NCBI GenBank assembly: GCA_012026655.1
Contig: JAAILG010001356.1
Location: 1-64,000 of the forward strand
Length of the DNA stretch: 64,000 bases
Direction: 5' to 3'
From: Hydrolagus affinis
Lineage: Eukaryota
Shown: piece after piece, positions 37,430 to 51,303 of the stretch
How the letters are laid out: the number at the start of each line of letters is the position of its first letter
How positions within the stretch are numbered: position 1 is the first letter of the stretch
Position numbers and translations under genes: made by a program
Notes under the pieces: generated by a model
The model's input: only the letters and a program-made list of their open reading frames with translations
The model's database searches: none
Told to the model about the DNA's origin: nothing

Positions 37430-38969
37430 ACTTAATCTCACCCTCTTCCTTGTGCAAGCTCAATTTATCTGCCCCTTTGTAAACCTTTAACCTGTGCTAC
37501 TGCTACTGTCAGGCTCTGACGGAACATTTTCCTGACAAAACAACCAAATTCTTGTAAAGATTACTTCTGACCTTGAGGAAGAACATACCCAAGGCTTTTT
37601 CATCTAAAATCTCAACAAAATGGATTTTACTACCATGAGAGTCGACTGTAAATGAAGAGCTGCTTTTGTCAAAGATCCTGACAAAAAGTACATCAATTCC
37701 ACACAAGTGGACTCCATACCACTTGTTGATTTTGAGTGTGTATTTAAATGAATAGAAATTATCCTGTTCTAATTGTTCTGATCGTCAGGATTACACAAAA
37801 ACATTTGCCACACAACCACAAAACAAAATTACATTTGCACAGTGCCTTTCACATTGCGAGGACGCCCCAGGGTGCTGGACAGTCAGTGTTTCAGACCCGA
37901 GCTGAGGTCAGGATCGGGAAGGGTAGAGGGAAGGAAAGAGGGGTGACCGATGGCCCTTTAAAGATTCCATGGCATGATCCAAAAAAAGGGGAGTTTCTTT
38001 TGGTGTCCTGGCCAACACTTCCCTCAAGGTAAAATTGGTCATTCACTTCATGGCTGTTTAAATTTATATGCAAATTTGGTTGCCACATTTGCCTACAAAT
38101 TACAGAATCATTACACTTGATAGTAAATCCCGTGAAGTTGTTTTTGAGACATTCTGGTGATGTGATAAGTTGCTATCAGGTGGGTTTCTAGTCAGCTATG
38201 TGAAGCATTTTGAGACATCCTCCTAATATGAAAGACACCAAATCAATATAAGTTGCTATTGTTGCATATCAACTGCAGGATCATCTATAATTATATCTGG
38301 GTAGGCTCTCCTCTCAAATATACTTGATAATAATTGGCTGCCTCATTGATAAGATGCTAATAGGAAATGTTTGTCCATCTGTTTCTAGATACAATATATA
38401 CTATCCACCTGCATGTAATGTTTAACTATGTCTGTCATCACCTAAAATAAATGCATTTAGGCTATTGGTTTTCATTTAAAATTAAGAAACTCATTTGAGT
38501 TACAAATTCAGCATCCTACAGTCATAAACCTTGAGCGCTTCAGTCTTCAAAAAGTATTTGTGTGTTTTTTCTGAGCTGTTTATGTGACTGTTTGTTTGTT
38601 CTGCTGAAGATGACAAGCTGTACAAGCTTGTACAAGCCTGGTGAATTGCTAATTTGCAGTTGCTAGAATTAACCCTACACGGAGCGATGGTTCTTTCGAG
38701 CATGTGCTGCTTAATCGATGTGCTGCACCCTGTGTGGTAATGTGCGTCCACCTGTGCTGATGGCTTGTTTAAAGAATTGCTTGTGTTATTCAACAATAAA
38801 GCTGGTTAACCTGCTGACAGCAGCTCTGCATGTTACCAGCACATGGTCTGTGCCATTAATCAGCCTGACTTAAAAACTGAAGCATGCTTGATAAATACAG
38901 CTTGGGAGTTTGATATTAACATGATTGCTGTTTTATGTACTAATATTCTGATGGCTCCTTTCTTCTCAG

Positions 38970-39014
38970 TTATTCCTCGTTGTTTTTTAGACGGAAGGAA
39001 ATTTTTGTCATCCA
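38970..39014 (+). CDS. PTPRQ: PTPRQ 45-nt cassette micro-exon (YSSLFFRRKEIFVIQ)
   Basis: Polypyrimidine tract plus ctcag, gtaagt donor, symmetric phase 2-2; resembles an optional peptide recalled from mammalian PTPRQ isoforms. Confidence 0.8.
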
Positions 39015-41696
39015 GTAAGTGGACTGTTCATTCTTTTGAAAGCTTGCTATTTTGATGTGTTTCAGTTCAATTTCTAATGGAAGGGAAATTTTAGCTGAAT
39101 TTCACTCTCTACAATCCTCAATGCAATTCACTTTCGAACTCAGCTTGTTGAATAGTTTCAGAACAAAGATTATTATAATGATTTCACCCTTCTAGTCCAA
39201 GCTGAAACTACTGTATAGATATTTGCAATCACTGTGAAAGCAGGTCTTTCACATGAATTACCTTTATGCTGAGAATTTAAATATTAGCAACAAGTTACTC
39301 ATGTTAGGGCATTACTTGCCACTTTCTCCATTTAGTTAAACTGTTTCTTACTCCTACAATCAGACGACTATTGTCTCAGGCCTCCTAGGATAGATACTAT
39401 GACATTTATTTTGCCTGATTTGAACTATGAGTCCCCATAGACTAATAATTCTTATGTAATCTCCAGCCCCATAACATCATTCTCACTGAAGTCATGAAAC
39501 TGTCATAGACAGGGGAAGTGGGGCTTAAACAGAAATTACAGCTTCTAAATTACATAATCGTAATTCCTCCCAAGACAAAAATGTTCATGGCAACGAGGTA
39601 CTGCAAACGGAGGACTGTGAGAAACATGGAAAGTTAGTGGGGTTTGAAATGTGCGGCTTTGAAATGCTGCTCAAGACTTGAATCAAATCAATGCCTTTGT
39701 AGATTTTCTTCCTACAGTTCCTTCTCCGGGTTTGCAGGCATTTGCATACAGTCATGGTTAAAAAAAACTTCTTTAGAACCAATCAAAAAGGATAAATTAC
39801 CATCATGCACTTGCTCCTGCAATCATTTGGTGGCAATGAACAGTGATGTAAATAATGCTCCTCTAAATCCCAAATGAATAAGTGATTACTTATATATGTC
39901 TTACCAAGATAGAATGCAGACCAGTTATAACACGCTTCATGAGAGCACTGGTTTGCTTATACCTCCAAGGGTGTGAGGACCCAATTAACAGTGGATGCAC
40001 TTAGTCATTGACTCGCTGCTCAGGATGCTAAAAATGTCCGACTTCTGGGTCATCAGGCTTCCACTGTGTCTCTTCCTACATTGAACAGGTATGCAATACA
40101 GGATGTGACTGACCGCTGTGGTGATCTGATGTTCAATCTTTTTAGCGGAGGAGCTAACTGGCAGGCAGATAGCAAGTCAGGTCAGGGGGCTGGTGCACAG
40201 TGAATTTAATTCTCACAGCTTCCTTATAGGCAGATTGCGACTTTGTCACTTCACTGTATATTACACAAGTCTAGACCAAAATTAAGCATAGCACATAGTG
40301 AATTGCAGTTCTTTTGAGTATATTTTTTGAGTTGTTTTGAGGGTAGATTGAGTTTTCATGCACCTGTATCATATAAGTGGATGAAAGTGTCGCTGAATAA
40401 TCAAACTTATTTAATGTCACAATATTTGTTGATGTCTGTTTCTTCATCTGAGGAGGTGCAATGTAACAGTTTGCTAAATTACAGACCATGCTGTTGTGTT
40501 TTAGATTTTTTTTTAGTAATTCAATCAAATCGGGGATTACAGTTTCTCAGCAAACACTTGGGGTGTATGTACCTTAATGTTGTAGTCATGCAAGCCTGCC
40601 ATAATATTTATGACCATAGCAAATTTTATAAAAAGTTATTCAGAGTCCAGCTGTGAGATCAGATATAACTGAGCTTAAAGTAAAATCAATACTCTAAATG
40701 TGAAAGACATATTTAGGGAATAAAAATCATATAAATATGCCAATGTGAACAGCTGTGAAAGTGGCCAGTGATATAATCCGTGTGAGTTTTAGTAGACAAA
40801 TTTGCACATATAAATTAATTGAATAAATGGAGCTGAACATTAGTAAAAATACCAAGATACAGTATAAGGTGATTTACAATTAATGATCACGGATAAAAGC
40901 TTTAGGTAAATTCGGTATAATTTCCCCTGACACTGTTATAGTTGACGATGTAGGTAAAATACAGGGCAGGATATTTGCTGGTCTTGCACTCCATTATTTG
41001 AAAATTGCATTTTTGAATGCACATTGTCAAGTCCTTCCATTTGCAGCAATGGAATAAAAAATATTCACTTTTGACTATTCAACTGAGCTACCATCCATTT
41101 GTATCCCATTGAAGTGTGTGCAAAACTATCTATCTGTTAGAGATTTTTAAAAGTCCTAAACTTTTGCCTCCTTTTTTTTGCTTACCTGTCCCTAACTTAG
41201 TGTGTCAGCTAATCAAAGCTATGCACACAATATGCGCACACAAGAAAAAACAAGTCTGCATTCACTAAGTAAAATGAATTCATATTCAGGTGGCATGGGT
41301 GCAATAGATTATAAAGTCTGCTTGTGATTTAACAATCAAATAGTAGCATGTCATGTTATTCAAAATTTCATGTCAGAATTCATGTTATGAAAACTCTGTT
41401 AAAATGTATTACCATCAGACCCTGTGTGCGTGTATCTTTTAAAAGACAGTAACATTGCCCCATCTGCCTAAATGAAGATTCAGTTATACTGTATTAAATT
41501 TTTCAGGTCCCAAAGATTTGCAAAGAGGATTTTAATTCCTTTAATTGAAATCAATGTGGTTTATATTCTACGTAAAATGTAATACAGTATTTGATTAGTT
41601 GCATTTTCCACAACTTTGTTACATTTCTGCTCTTTAACTAATCCTGTCTTGAAACAAATGTATTTTATGGAACCTTAATACATCTTTATATTGCAG

Positions 41697-41723
41697 GTTG
41701 CTCAGTTATAGGAAGTCTTTAAA
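41697..41723 (+). CDS. PTPRQ: PTPRQ 27-nt micro-exon (LLSYRKSLK)
   Basis: ttgcag/gtaagt, phase 2-2; matches LLSYRKSIK recalled from mammalian PTPRQ. Confidence 0.88.
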
Positions 41724-41799
41724 GTAAGTCAATCGCAGGTTGCTGTTGATGGTTCTTTTTCATGGTTTTGATAGCGTTCAATCTATGATTTCTCTTCCA

Positions 41800-41945
41800 T
41801 TTTCAGTTGGATTAAAAGCTAAAGCTCCAACCAGACTATAAATCATAAATGCATGACTAATTGCATGGTAACTGGAGAAGGGCTTTCTGTCCGTCTCCTG
41901 AATGAACCTTACATGTCTGCGTTTTAGCTTTGGAAGCAATACAGG
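41800..41945. promoter_or_regulatory. Candidate orthologue of the Myf5 -57.5 kb Pax3/Six limb enhancer
   Basis: AATCATAAATGCATGACTAATTGCATGGTAACTGGAGAA: paired-domain site GCATGACT (41851-41858), TAATT, and MEF3/Six-like GTAACTGGA (41868-41876), in a PTPRQ intron; match to mouse is from memory. Confidence 0.75.
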
Positions 41946-42241
41946 CTTATTTAAAGTGCTTGCAGTGCAGGAAGCATGTCATTATCAAAACCAAGTCATT
42001 TGGATTCTTTTTGCTAGTTTCCAAACTAGCAAGAACTTCCTCTGGTACAAATATGAGTTTGCAAAGAGCATTGTGTCCACATACATTGTATCAATAAATA
42101 TTGCATGGTTGTGCATAATTCTAAAGATCTCTGCAGGCATAACCGCAGACCGCTTAACGATAATCCACGATTATCATCAACAACAAAATACAGTAATAGG
42201 ACTTTGTGAGTACTGTTGGTCTTATTTTCCTCTGTCCACAG

Positions 42242-42323
42242 ACCCATTAACAAGAAATCATTCTTGCAACATGTTGAAGATCTGTGTGTTAACAACAACC
42301 TGAAGTTTCAAGAAGAATTTTCG
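42242..42323 (+). CDS. PTPRQ: PTPRQ exon ([27 protein letters not shown])
   Basis: cacag/gtatg, 82 nt. Confidence 0.94.
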
Positions 42324-43922
42324 GTATGTCACCAACAGTTGTCACAACACGCCAAGAATTTATCAGCTTCATGTGTCACAATTCATGTCTAGTTTGGGGC
42401 AAGTGAGACCAGTAAGAACTGCAGCCGTGAGAGTCAATACCTAATTACCAGGTTTAATGTTTGTATAGTAATGTTACACTGATTTAGGTTCTTCACTATA
42501 TGTGGCAACCTGATCAGAACTCTTCACCAACCATGTCAGTGTAGGCTGAACCTCTGTGGACCTCCCCACACTGATATTTCTGTGGCCAGGGTGTAGGATG
42601 TCATGGTGAATATTTATGAGAGAGAGTTTCATCAAGCAAATTTATATAGTTTTAAAAATATTTTGCTATTCTGTACAAGCTCTAGCAGCAGAGCATATAT
42701 GAGATGTGTCTCACGAGCAGTATTTGGAATTCTATCCCAGAGCCAGTAGTTGAAAATGACTGGGAAGAAAACTAGGCTTGATTGAGGGAGGCTGATGTGA
42801 AGTCCGAAGAGTTTAAATAGGAATAAAATAAGCAAAATATTGGAAACAGAATGTGATTTGGACATAGGAAAACTATACTTGATTGTGTAAATATAGTATT
42901 AGTTTTAACTCTCTCTATGTTGCCGATACTCTATGTGTGGGATTGTACATAGTTTTATCTACAGTTTCCTCAAGGCAACTCTCACCTGTTTTTGTTCCAT
43001 TGATCGTGAGTTCTATTTACCCACAAATGGTTCTCATTACATGATTTGTAAATCCACAGTACACTGTAAACATTATGTATATGTCAAAGGTCATGTTGTG
43101 TTTTAACCTACATCCAAACTGAGCAATATATATCTCTAGATTTATGTGTGTGTGGGGGAGGAAGAAATTATGTTTAATTTCTGTTTAATATTCATCAAGT
43201 CTTTCGTTCTGGGACCGGACTCAACTAGAATCATTTTTACAGCAGGGTGATTCACATTACTATACCAAAAAGGGTATCCACATTACTCATATATGAACTG
43301 TAAACCCAATCAGGCATAATGTGTGTGGGGTAGGGGAAGGGTGGTGTCAATCTCATGATGTGTTTAACCCCACCCATTCACCTAACTGAAAGTGTAGGGG
43401 TTTGAATTGAAGAGGTTGCTTTACATTTGAAGACCGATGACATTTCTTTGGTTAGTGTTTAAACAGATCAAAATGCCTCCATAAAGCAGTTCACAATTTA
43501 AAATGTCCTTTTCTTTATTCTGCATTGATCCTAAGGGACATGAGAAATACTCGGCTTATTCTCAATCTAAGTGGAAACTACTACAACCTTGAAGAGGTTA
43601 CTCATGGTCTCTGTGAGAGTGACACAGGATAAAAATGAACAGACTTTTGATTCTTTCCACAGTCTGACATATATTATGTCTTTTTATATACAAAAAATAG
43701 TTCCAGCTTTAATAGCTATTGCATCTTTAGCTTTACACTATTTGAATAGTCACAAATAATTTTATACCCTGAATATTAAGGCTGAAACAGGAGTGCATAA
43801 TCTAACTTTATAAAAGATCTCTTTTTTAGGAAGTTTAATAACTGGTATCCAGTGGCTGTTCACGAGCATTCTTATTAAGCCTAGATATCCCAAATGACCG
43901 CTGAAATATTCCTTTGTTACAG

Positions 43923-44013
43923 GAACTTCCAAAAGTCGTTCAAGAACTCACTTCGTCTGATGCTGACTTGCCTTGGAACCGATCCAAGAACCGCTTTGCA
44001 AACATAAAACCCT
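43923..44013 (+). CDS. PTPRQ: PTPRQ PTP domain exon ([30 protein letters not shown])
   Basis: ttacag/gtaagt, 91 nt; KNRF variant of the KNRY motif. Confidence 0.95.
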
Positions 44014-45900
44014 GTAAGTAGAAATGTTAGGGTTCAGGATTTCATTCTGATGACTTTGTAGAACAAAGAGCTGAAGTGTTTTCAGAAAGACGTTGTACAA
44101 AGCAAATGGCAGTGCTTACTCAAAGAGTTCAATGGGGTTTAAATCCATTTAACGTTGCTATGTTCAGAAGGAATTTTACTTTGCTTCTGATTGTAATTCA
44201 AATCAACACGTCCTTAAAATCTGCAATCATGTTTCTTTTGGTTCAGTTCTAAAATAGCCACTCCAATTTGAAGAACAATTCTCATCTTATTATCAGAGTG
44301 TTACCCTTTTCTAGTTTGGTTCCTAGTTTGCGAAAAGCACAGTTACAGGCAGAAAACTTGTGTTGGCAATTTCCAAGATTTTTAAAGAGTAAATGCAGAT
44401 TGTCATCACTGGTAATAAGATTTTATCAAAACCCCTGAGATTGTCTGAGGGGTTGGGGGGAGAGTTAAACTTCATATAAAGTCGTTAAGCATTTTAAACT
44501 TTAAAACTTATATGAGAGTAGATTGTAATGCTCAACCAAAGTAAAGCAACTACTGAAGTGTTAACTTTGGTCAGCCAGATGGTCAGCACAATGCCTTATG
44601 AAGTGGAATTTTCAAAGAAACTGTGCTCGGCTATTTCAGACACTTAGCTTACTGTAAATCTTCTCAATCTACAAGCACTTTAACTTTGTCTCATTGCCAA
44701 AAAAAAATTATCATCATGATTGAGGACCATCTGCGACAGAATGATGCTTGCTTTCTCAAAGAAGCTTTTTGCAAAATGTTATTTTCACGAACACACTTGA
44801 GAGTGTTTTAAGATGCCTGGCTGCAACACAATATATTTTATAAAAGCCAAACCTACAATGGCCCATTTGCACTTGGTTACAGCTTTTCTGCATATCATCT
44901 TGAAATTGAGGGTGAAACGGTGCAAATTCACAAAACAAACATGAGTTGTGATGAAGTATGAAACTGTCTTTGCGGCAATTTGCTCCATTGTTTCTCACGC
45001 ACATTCATTGGATAAACCCCCACCACCCAATCAGTGGTTAAAAAGATAAAATATTGAACATTAATAAAAAAGTTATTCAAGGAAGTTTTAAGTCCACCAA
45101 AGTAAATCGGAAATCGGAAACCATTTTAAGTGTGGTTTAAATAATACATAAAATGTTATGCTTCATGTAAAACAATTTTAACAATTACATATCAATTTGT
45201 GAGTACATTACATCTAGTTTAATATAGATATTATTATATTTCAAAATCTGGCACATTCTCTCTCATTTTCTCTCCTTCTGGTTGTTTTTGATTTTTCTAT
45301 ATCTGTTGCTGAACCAAAAGGCCTGGCTTTAATGTCAGTTATACAAACATTAAACTGCAGGTGCATGAAACAATATACTTAATAGTTTTTCTGCTTTGTA
45401 ATCTAATCTGACTGTTCAACCAATTTAGCATTCTTTGCTAAAGATTTTTTCCCCCAAGTGGATAAAAGTAAAAACCATGGAATCTGTTTGCTTGTGTACG
45501 AGTGTTCCCTTGGAGCACAACACTATGTTTTCAGCGGTACTTGTGAGTTTCATTCAGCAGATCAAAGATCCAAGTAATCTTTGTCATGATCCTGCGAGCC
45601 AAGGCTAAGATCTTATCAGGGGAGACAGGAGTCTGTCTCTCTATAGTCACTGCTTGCTTCATTTTTGAGTTAATAAGGGGAGAAATGCCCTTATTGTTTT
45701 AAGCATTAACTGTGATGTGAGATGGAAAGCATGACATTCCTCCCCTAATGTAACTACATCCTGCAATATAAACTATTGGGAACAGCTGCTCCCAGTTTGT
45801 GTATTCCATGTATGTGAAATAAAGGCATAATTTAGAAAGGACCAATACGAATACGATATGCCAAACAAGAACTTAACTCTTTGACATTTCTTCCATGCAG

Positions 45901-45977
45901 ATAACAATAACCGAGTGAAGCTCATGCTTGAAGCTGGTATCCCTGGGTCTGATTTCATCAACGCTAGCTATGTGTCA
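45901..45977 (+). CDS. PTPRQ: PTPRQ PTP domain exon (YNNNRVKLMLEAGIPGSDFINASYVS)
   Basis: tgcag/gtaagt, 77 nt. Confidence 0.95.
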
Positions 45978-46351
45978 GTAAGTCCAACTCTGCTTTGTAC
46001 TCTGACCGTCTCAAGGGATCAAGATAAATAGATTTTAAATCCGTTGTACTAAACATTATAGGACGTTTCTATTATCTTTAAATGTTGTATTACCCATGGA
46101 GATTGTGTCATAAGACTTTGAGGATTCATTGCTTCACAAATTACAGAGTTGACTTGATCAGAAATGAATGAGATTCAGTAATTAATTCTACCAAAATGCA
46201 GTCAATCTATACAGACTGGTAAACCGAGGCTTGACTTTACACTCGACAATTTCTGAAATTTAAGTCTTTTAATCTTTAGTTTGTGGGTAAATGTAAATTT
46301 CTAGGGACTATTTCATTTATTTGAACATTTTTCCTGTTTTTCTTTATATAG

Positions 46352-46495
<144 letters not shown>

Positions 46496-47171
46496 TGATA
46501 GGGATCGTGTACAGTGGGACATGTAGCTAAGGGAGGCGGGGACAGTGAAGATCTATTTTATGCTGGTAGTTTAAAAACAGCAGTGGTTGCTATGCCATTA
46601 CAATAACAGTGAAACCAGTGCTATTTTCAGCCAACAGCATAAGATGAACTACTTATCCAACCACCATTGATCCAAATTGATTGGTTAACTGGCAAGATCT
46701 TTTGGCATGATTTTTTTCATGATTCAATTACCCTTAACAATTATTCACATATCTCATTAGAATTGATTTATTATTTAATTACATAAATGTAAACCCTGTG
46801 TGTGCATATCATATTATCATTGCTCATGGAACACTGACATACTTCATGCCCTGCCCTGTTTTATGCCTCCTGCCCTATCTATCCCAGCATCTCTGGGTGA
46901 GCTTTCAGCCATTTCTGCCCCTGCTGTCTGAAACTCCATTCCAGAGACCCTCCAACTTGCTTGTTCCCTCACAATGTACAAATCCCATCTAAAGACTAAC
47001 TTCTTTAACCATGCTTTCTGTCACTTTCCCCCTTCCTCCATCAGCTCTGATCTCATAGTTCAGATGCCTTGTCTGCAGTTGATGCACTCCCGACAAGAAC
47101 GGTGCTATATAAATGTGAATTGTACTCTAGAGTTGATATTACGCATGATAATTAAAGTTATGTTAATTTAG

Positions 47172-47297
47172 ATACGATGTCATCAATATTGGCCTGAGGA
47201 CAACAAGCCAGTGTCTGTATTTGGAGATATTGTAATCAGTAAGATAACAGAAGATATTCAGGCAGATTGGACTACACGAGAACTAAAAATTGAAAAG
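47172..47297 (+). CDS. PTPRQ: PTPRQ PTP domain exon ([42 protein letters not shown])
   Basis: tttag/gtaaa, 126 nt. Confidence 0.95.
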
Positions 47298-49051
47298 GTA
47301 AATAAGTTCTGTACTTATTTGTGACACATTTTATACAAGGGGGTACAGTTTTGATAATGCAATCCTATTTATTGTTTAAAAGGTTACTCTATCACTTATT
47401 AATCGTCTAAGATTTACTTTAAAAAAGAATTCCGCAGCAAAACATGTCATTCTGCCCATTATATAATAAGTGAATTGAATCATTGGACTTTTTCATACAA
47501 TAGATAGGTTTTAATAGCATTGCAAGATATAGTCATGAGATCATTTGTTTACTATGAATCACATAACACTTTGAAACTTTTCAGGAAACAACGCTGTACT
47601 TTACATAATACTATACATGACCTCCCAGATAGATCACATATGCACTTTCTCAGAACTGAATCTCTTCCATATGACACACCATTCCCAGTAAGGCTTATGC
47701 AACCTTATGCATCAGAGTTGGTATCAAGTTAGAACTTTTTAAACTATGTGCAGACATGGTGGAAATGGACTGTATTCAATACCCAGTACAAAAAAAACTT
47801 CAGCAGAAATATTTGCTTGCGTCTACGTAAGGAAATGTACATGTCCGTAGGTTTCAGGGAAATCAAAAAGGAATAAATCTATGCTGTTGCTATCCCCCAG
47901 CAGAGGTTATGGTTCCTGGGAAGAATCTATGAACTAGATGTCACCAGAATGAATTGACCTCTCATCACTTTAGGTCACTATCGACCCCTGATCAAATACC
48001 CATCTCTTGGCTTTCTGGTCCTCTGCTGGTAATAGCGATGGCCATAAAGAAAACACGTAAGCCGATCCCCTAGAAAAGTGGAGTGTGGCGTTCATTTCCT
48101 ACCACTTGCCAACATATTGAATGGTAAATATCCCTTACTCATTTAAAAGAACCATCACTGATTGCCTACCCAAAGGAACATAGTACAAGTAACAGAACGT
48201 GATTGAAACAACAATAATACAGATGATATTCAGGTATAATGTTGAGGGAAACAATCCTAAAATGTGTCAGATGTTTTATTTTGGTCTATTTTTCCTGGGC
48301 ATGATTTCTGTGACTGCAAAATGCATTGCATATATCACACTGTTGAAGGTTCCAGAATAATTTTGTATGTTGAAGTTTGAATCAACTACACCAAAATATA
48401 TCTGTGAATTCATGTTATATTTTGAACAATTGAAATGCTTCAACGAAGACTGAAGCAGAAGAAGTTGTAGGAATTTTTTTCGAAGACTTTAGATAAACTT
48501 GCTCTGTTCTGCTTAGATCATCTGAAGTTATTTATTCCTATAAGCCTCATTGTGTGGTGTTGATTCAGCAGTAATCACAAACAAATCATCAATAAACAGA
48601 AGCTGAAAACATGATTCATAATTTATGTAGGAATGGAATCACCATTCCTCTTTTGTGCTATTGTTTCAAAATCTATATTTTTCATATTTATTTTATTAGT
48701 TTTAACCATAATACAAAATGGATACTCTGTGGCCCAAATGGATTAAGTTTGTGATCTCATTGCATTTAATCACCAAATGACCTTCTTCTGTGTTTTAAAT
48801 TTCCATAGCAAGTCCTGTTTACAATGTGATGTGGAAAAAACAACTGGAGTATTTTAACAATGCTTTCTGAATAAAACTTTCTTGTGTGCAACATTTTTCA
48901 AATTCATGAAATATTACTTTAACCAATCTCAGCAAAAAATGTAATCCTTCCTAATTGCCAGCTATAATTGACACAACATATTCTTACGAATATTTGTGTT
49001 CTTGTGTTTACACCTTCTTTATTTTTTAATACAATATCTGTTTTTGGACAG

Positions 49052-49200
49052 GATGGCGATTATATGATGGTGAGGCATTTCAACTTTTCTTCTTGGCCGG
49101 AACATGGGGTTCCTGAGGGCAGCACAGCTTTGATTAATTTTGTAAAGCTTATTCGAGCATCCAGAGCCCATGATAGTACACCTATTGTTGCACATTGCAG
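49052..49200 (+). CDS. PTPRQ: PTPRQ PTP domain exon ([22 protein letters not shown]...TPIVAHC)
   Basis: gacag/gtagg, 149 nt; WPE loop at 49094-49102. Confidence 0.96.
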
Positions 49201-49718
49201 GTAGGAATATGTCCAGCAGATTCATTTATATCTAACACATAATTGGGACATTTTTATATACTGTACATATAATTGTATATACAGTAATAAAAAATGTCCT
49301 ATGCCCCACAACAATCCACAATATAAATGCGTATACAACTGGAAAGCTATCCCGTATTTGAAAATGTTTATTAATAAACACCACAAAGTAATGAAAAGTA
49401 TAATTTTTTTGGGTGCTACATTGACTATTTCTGTAACAGATTTACAAATAATTCATAAGCATTTTTTTCATGTGATGCACTAAATACAGTGAAATCAAAT
49501 GCAAATGCCCTCAGTCCATTTTGACCTGAATTATTTTTTGTTGGCCAAAGATTACAAAAGTTTAAATCAAAGCTTTAAGTACAAGGGCCAATGGATGGAA
49601 TAGTTTGCATTTAATTTTATTTCAAGCATAGAGTGAAAAAAATTATTAATGCAATATTTGTAAGTGAGTTGCAGAAACATCTAGTCCATAAAGTTCTCAA
49701 AATGTGAGCCACATGTGA

Positions 49719-49889
<171 letters not shown>

Positions 49890-51179
49890 TAAGAAATATC
49901 TACTTTGGCAAACTACAGATACTCACAAATGTGCACCAGATTACCTTAGCTTCCTTTCCCCCACCTCTTCGCCAAGATATTCATGCTTTGAACCCATGCT
50001 CTGAGCTTTACAACATTTCAGAATTCCAGGCATTGAAAGTACAGTAAACAACAACAACTTACATTTATATAGCACACCTCACGCAGGGCAGAGTCCCAGA
50101 ATAAAACTCACATAAGAGTGAAATTCATATGTCGAATCAGTTGGGAACCAAAATATTTAATACAACTTACGCAATGTCTGGGTTGCAGGCAACCTATATA
50201 AACATTATAAAATTTGATTTATTAAATAATCTACACTGCACATGCGTAATCCAATTAATCCAAGAAATGCGCATGCAATACTTTGTCAATGCAGCCAGTA
50301 TTGTGATGACAGATGAAAACTATTATTTCCTGTGGTTCTGATAAGAAACTGAATGGGATTCAGTGCACGTATGACTTAGGTGAAATTAGGATTTTATAAA
50401 GATACTGTTTATACCAATTTTACTGTACCTTCCCTCAGTTTCTGCCTCCCTCCCCACCCCCCGCCACACACACACACACACAATTGGGGTTTCTAGGTAG
50501 CTGTGTGAAGCACTCTCTGATGTGAAAGGCAGTAAATAAACGTAAATTGTATTGCATTACTCCCTTTTCGACTTACGACTGGACTACTCTGGTCACAAAT
50601 CATGGTACAGACACATGTATTATAGTCACTTGACAACTTGGGAGACTGTATTTATTCTATAATAACAACAATTGTGTTTCCGATTTTGATAAAGATATGA
50701 AATGGGTTGGGAGGCTTTGAGTTACAAATCCTCAATATAATACAGCCTTGTGTGATTAAATACAAATGATGTCTTCCAGCAGCTGACCCATGTTAGACCC
50801 AGTTCAGAAACTTTGAATCATCCTTCTCTCAAACACTCAGCTGCCTCTCAGTGTGATATCTGACAGCAACAACACATTTCCACAGTCAAGATATAGTGTG
50901 CAGCTTATTTGGTTACTGACAGTGATACCTGCGCATTACTTTCTGATTAGGAAGACAAGTCAAACACTAATCAGATAATGTTGCACAAATGTACATGCTT
51001 TAAAAGCAGAATCTTAGTTATTTGTCATAATTAGGATCAATTGTCTTAAGCCATATTGTTATATATTTGTCACATTAATGTGGAAAGCAGCAGTAAAACC
51101 GTATATTAATTATTTATATCCCAATTTTGGCTTTGTCTAATTTGTAACATTACTTGTTTTGCTTTTTCATTGAATGCAG

Positions 51180-51303
51180 GGGCAGTACATGTTTTTACAC
51201 CAATGTGCTGTGGATCTGCTGAACAATAAAGGCACCAGCCGTTCACTGTGGTTTGTAAATTATTCTGCTTTGCAAAAAATGGACTCGCTGGATGCAATGG
51301 AAG
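51180..51303 (+). CDS. PTPRQ: PTPRQ exon ([18 protein letters not shown]...[17 protein letters not shown])
   Basis: tgcag/gtact, 124 nt. Confidence 0.94.
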
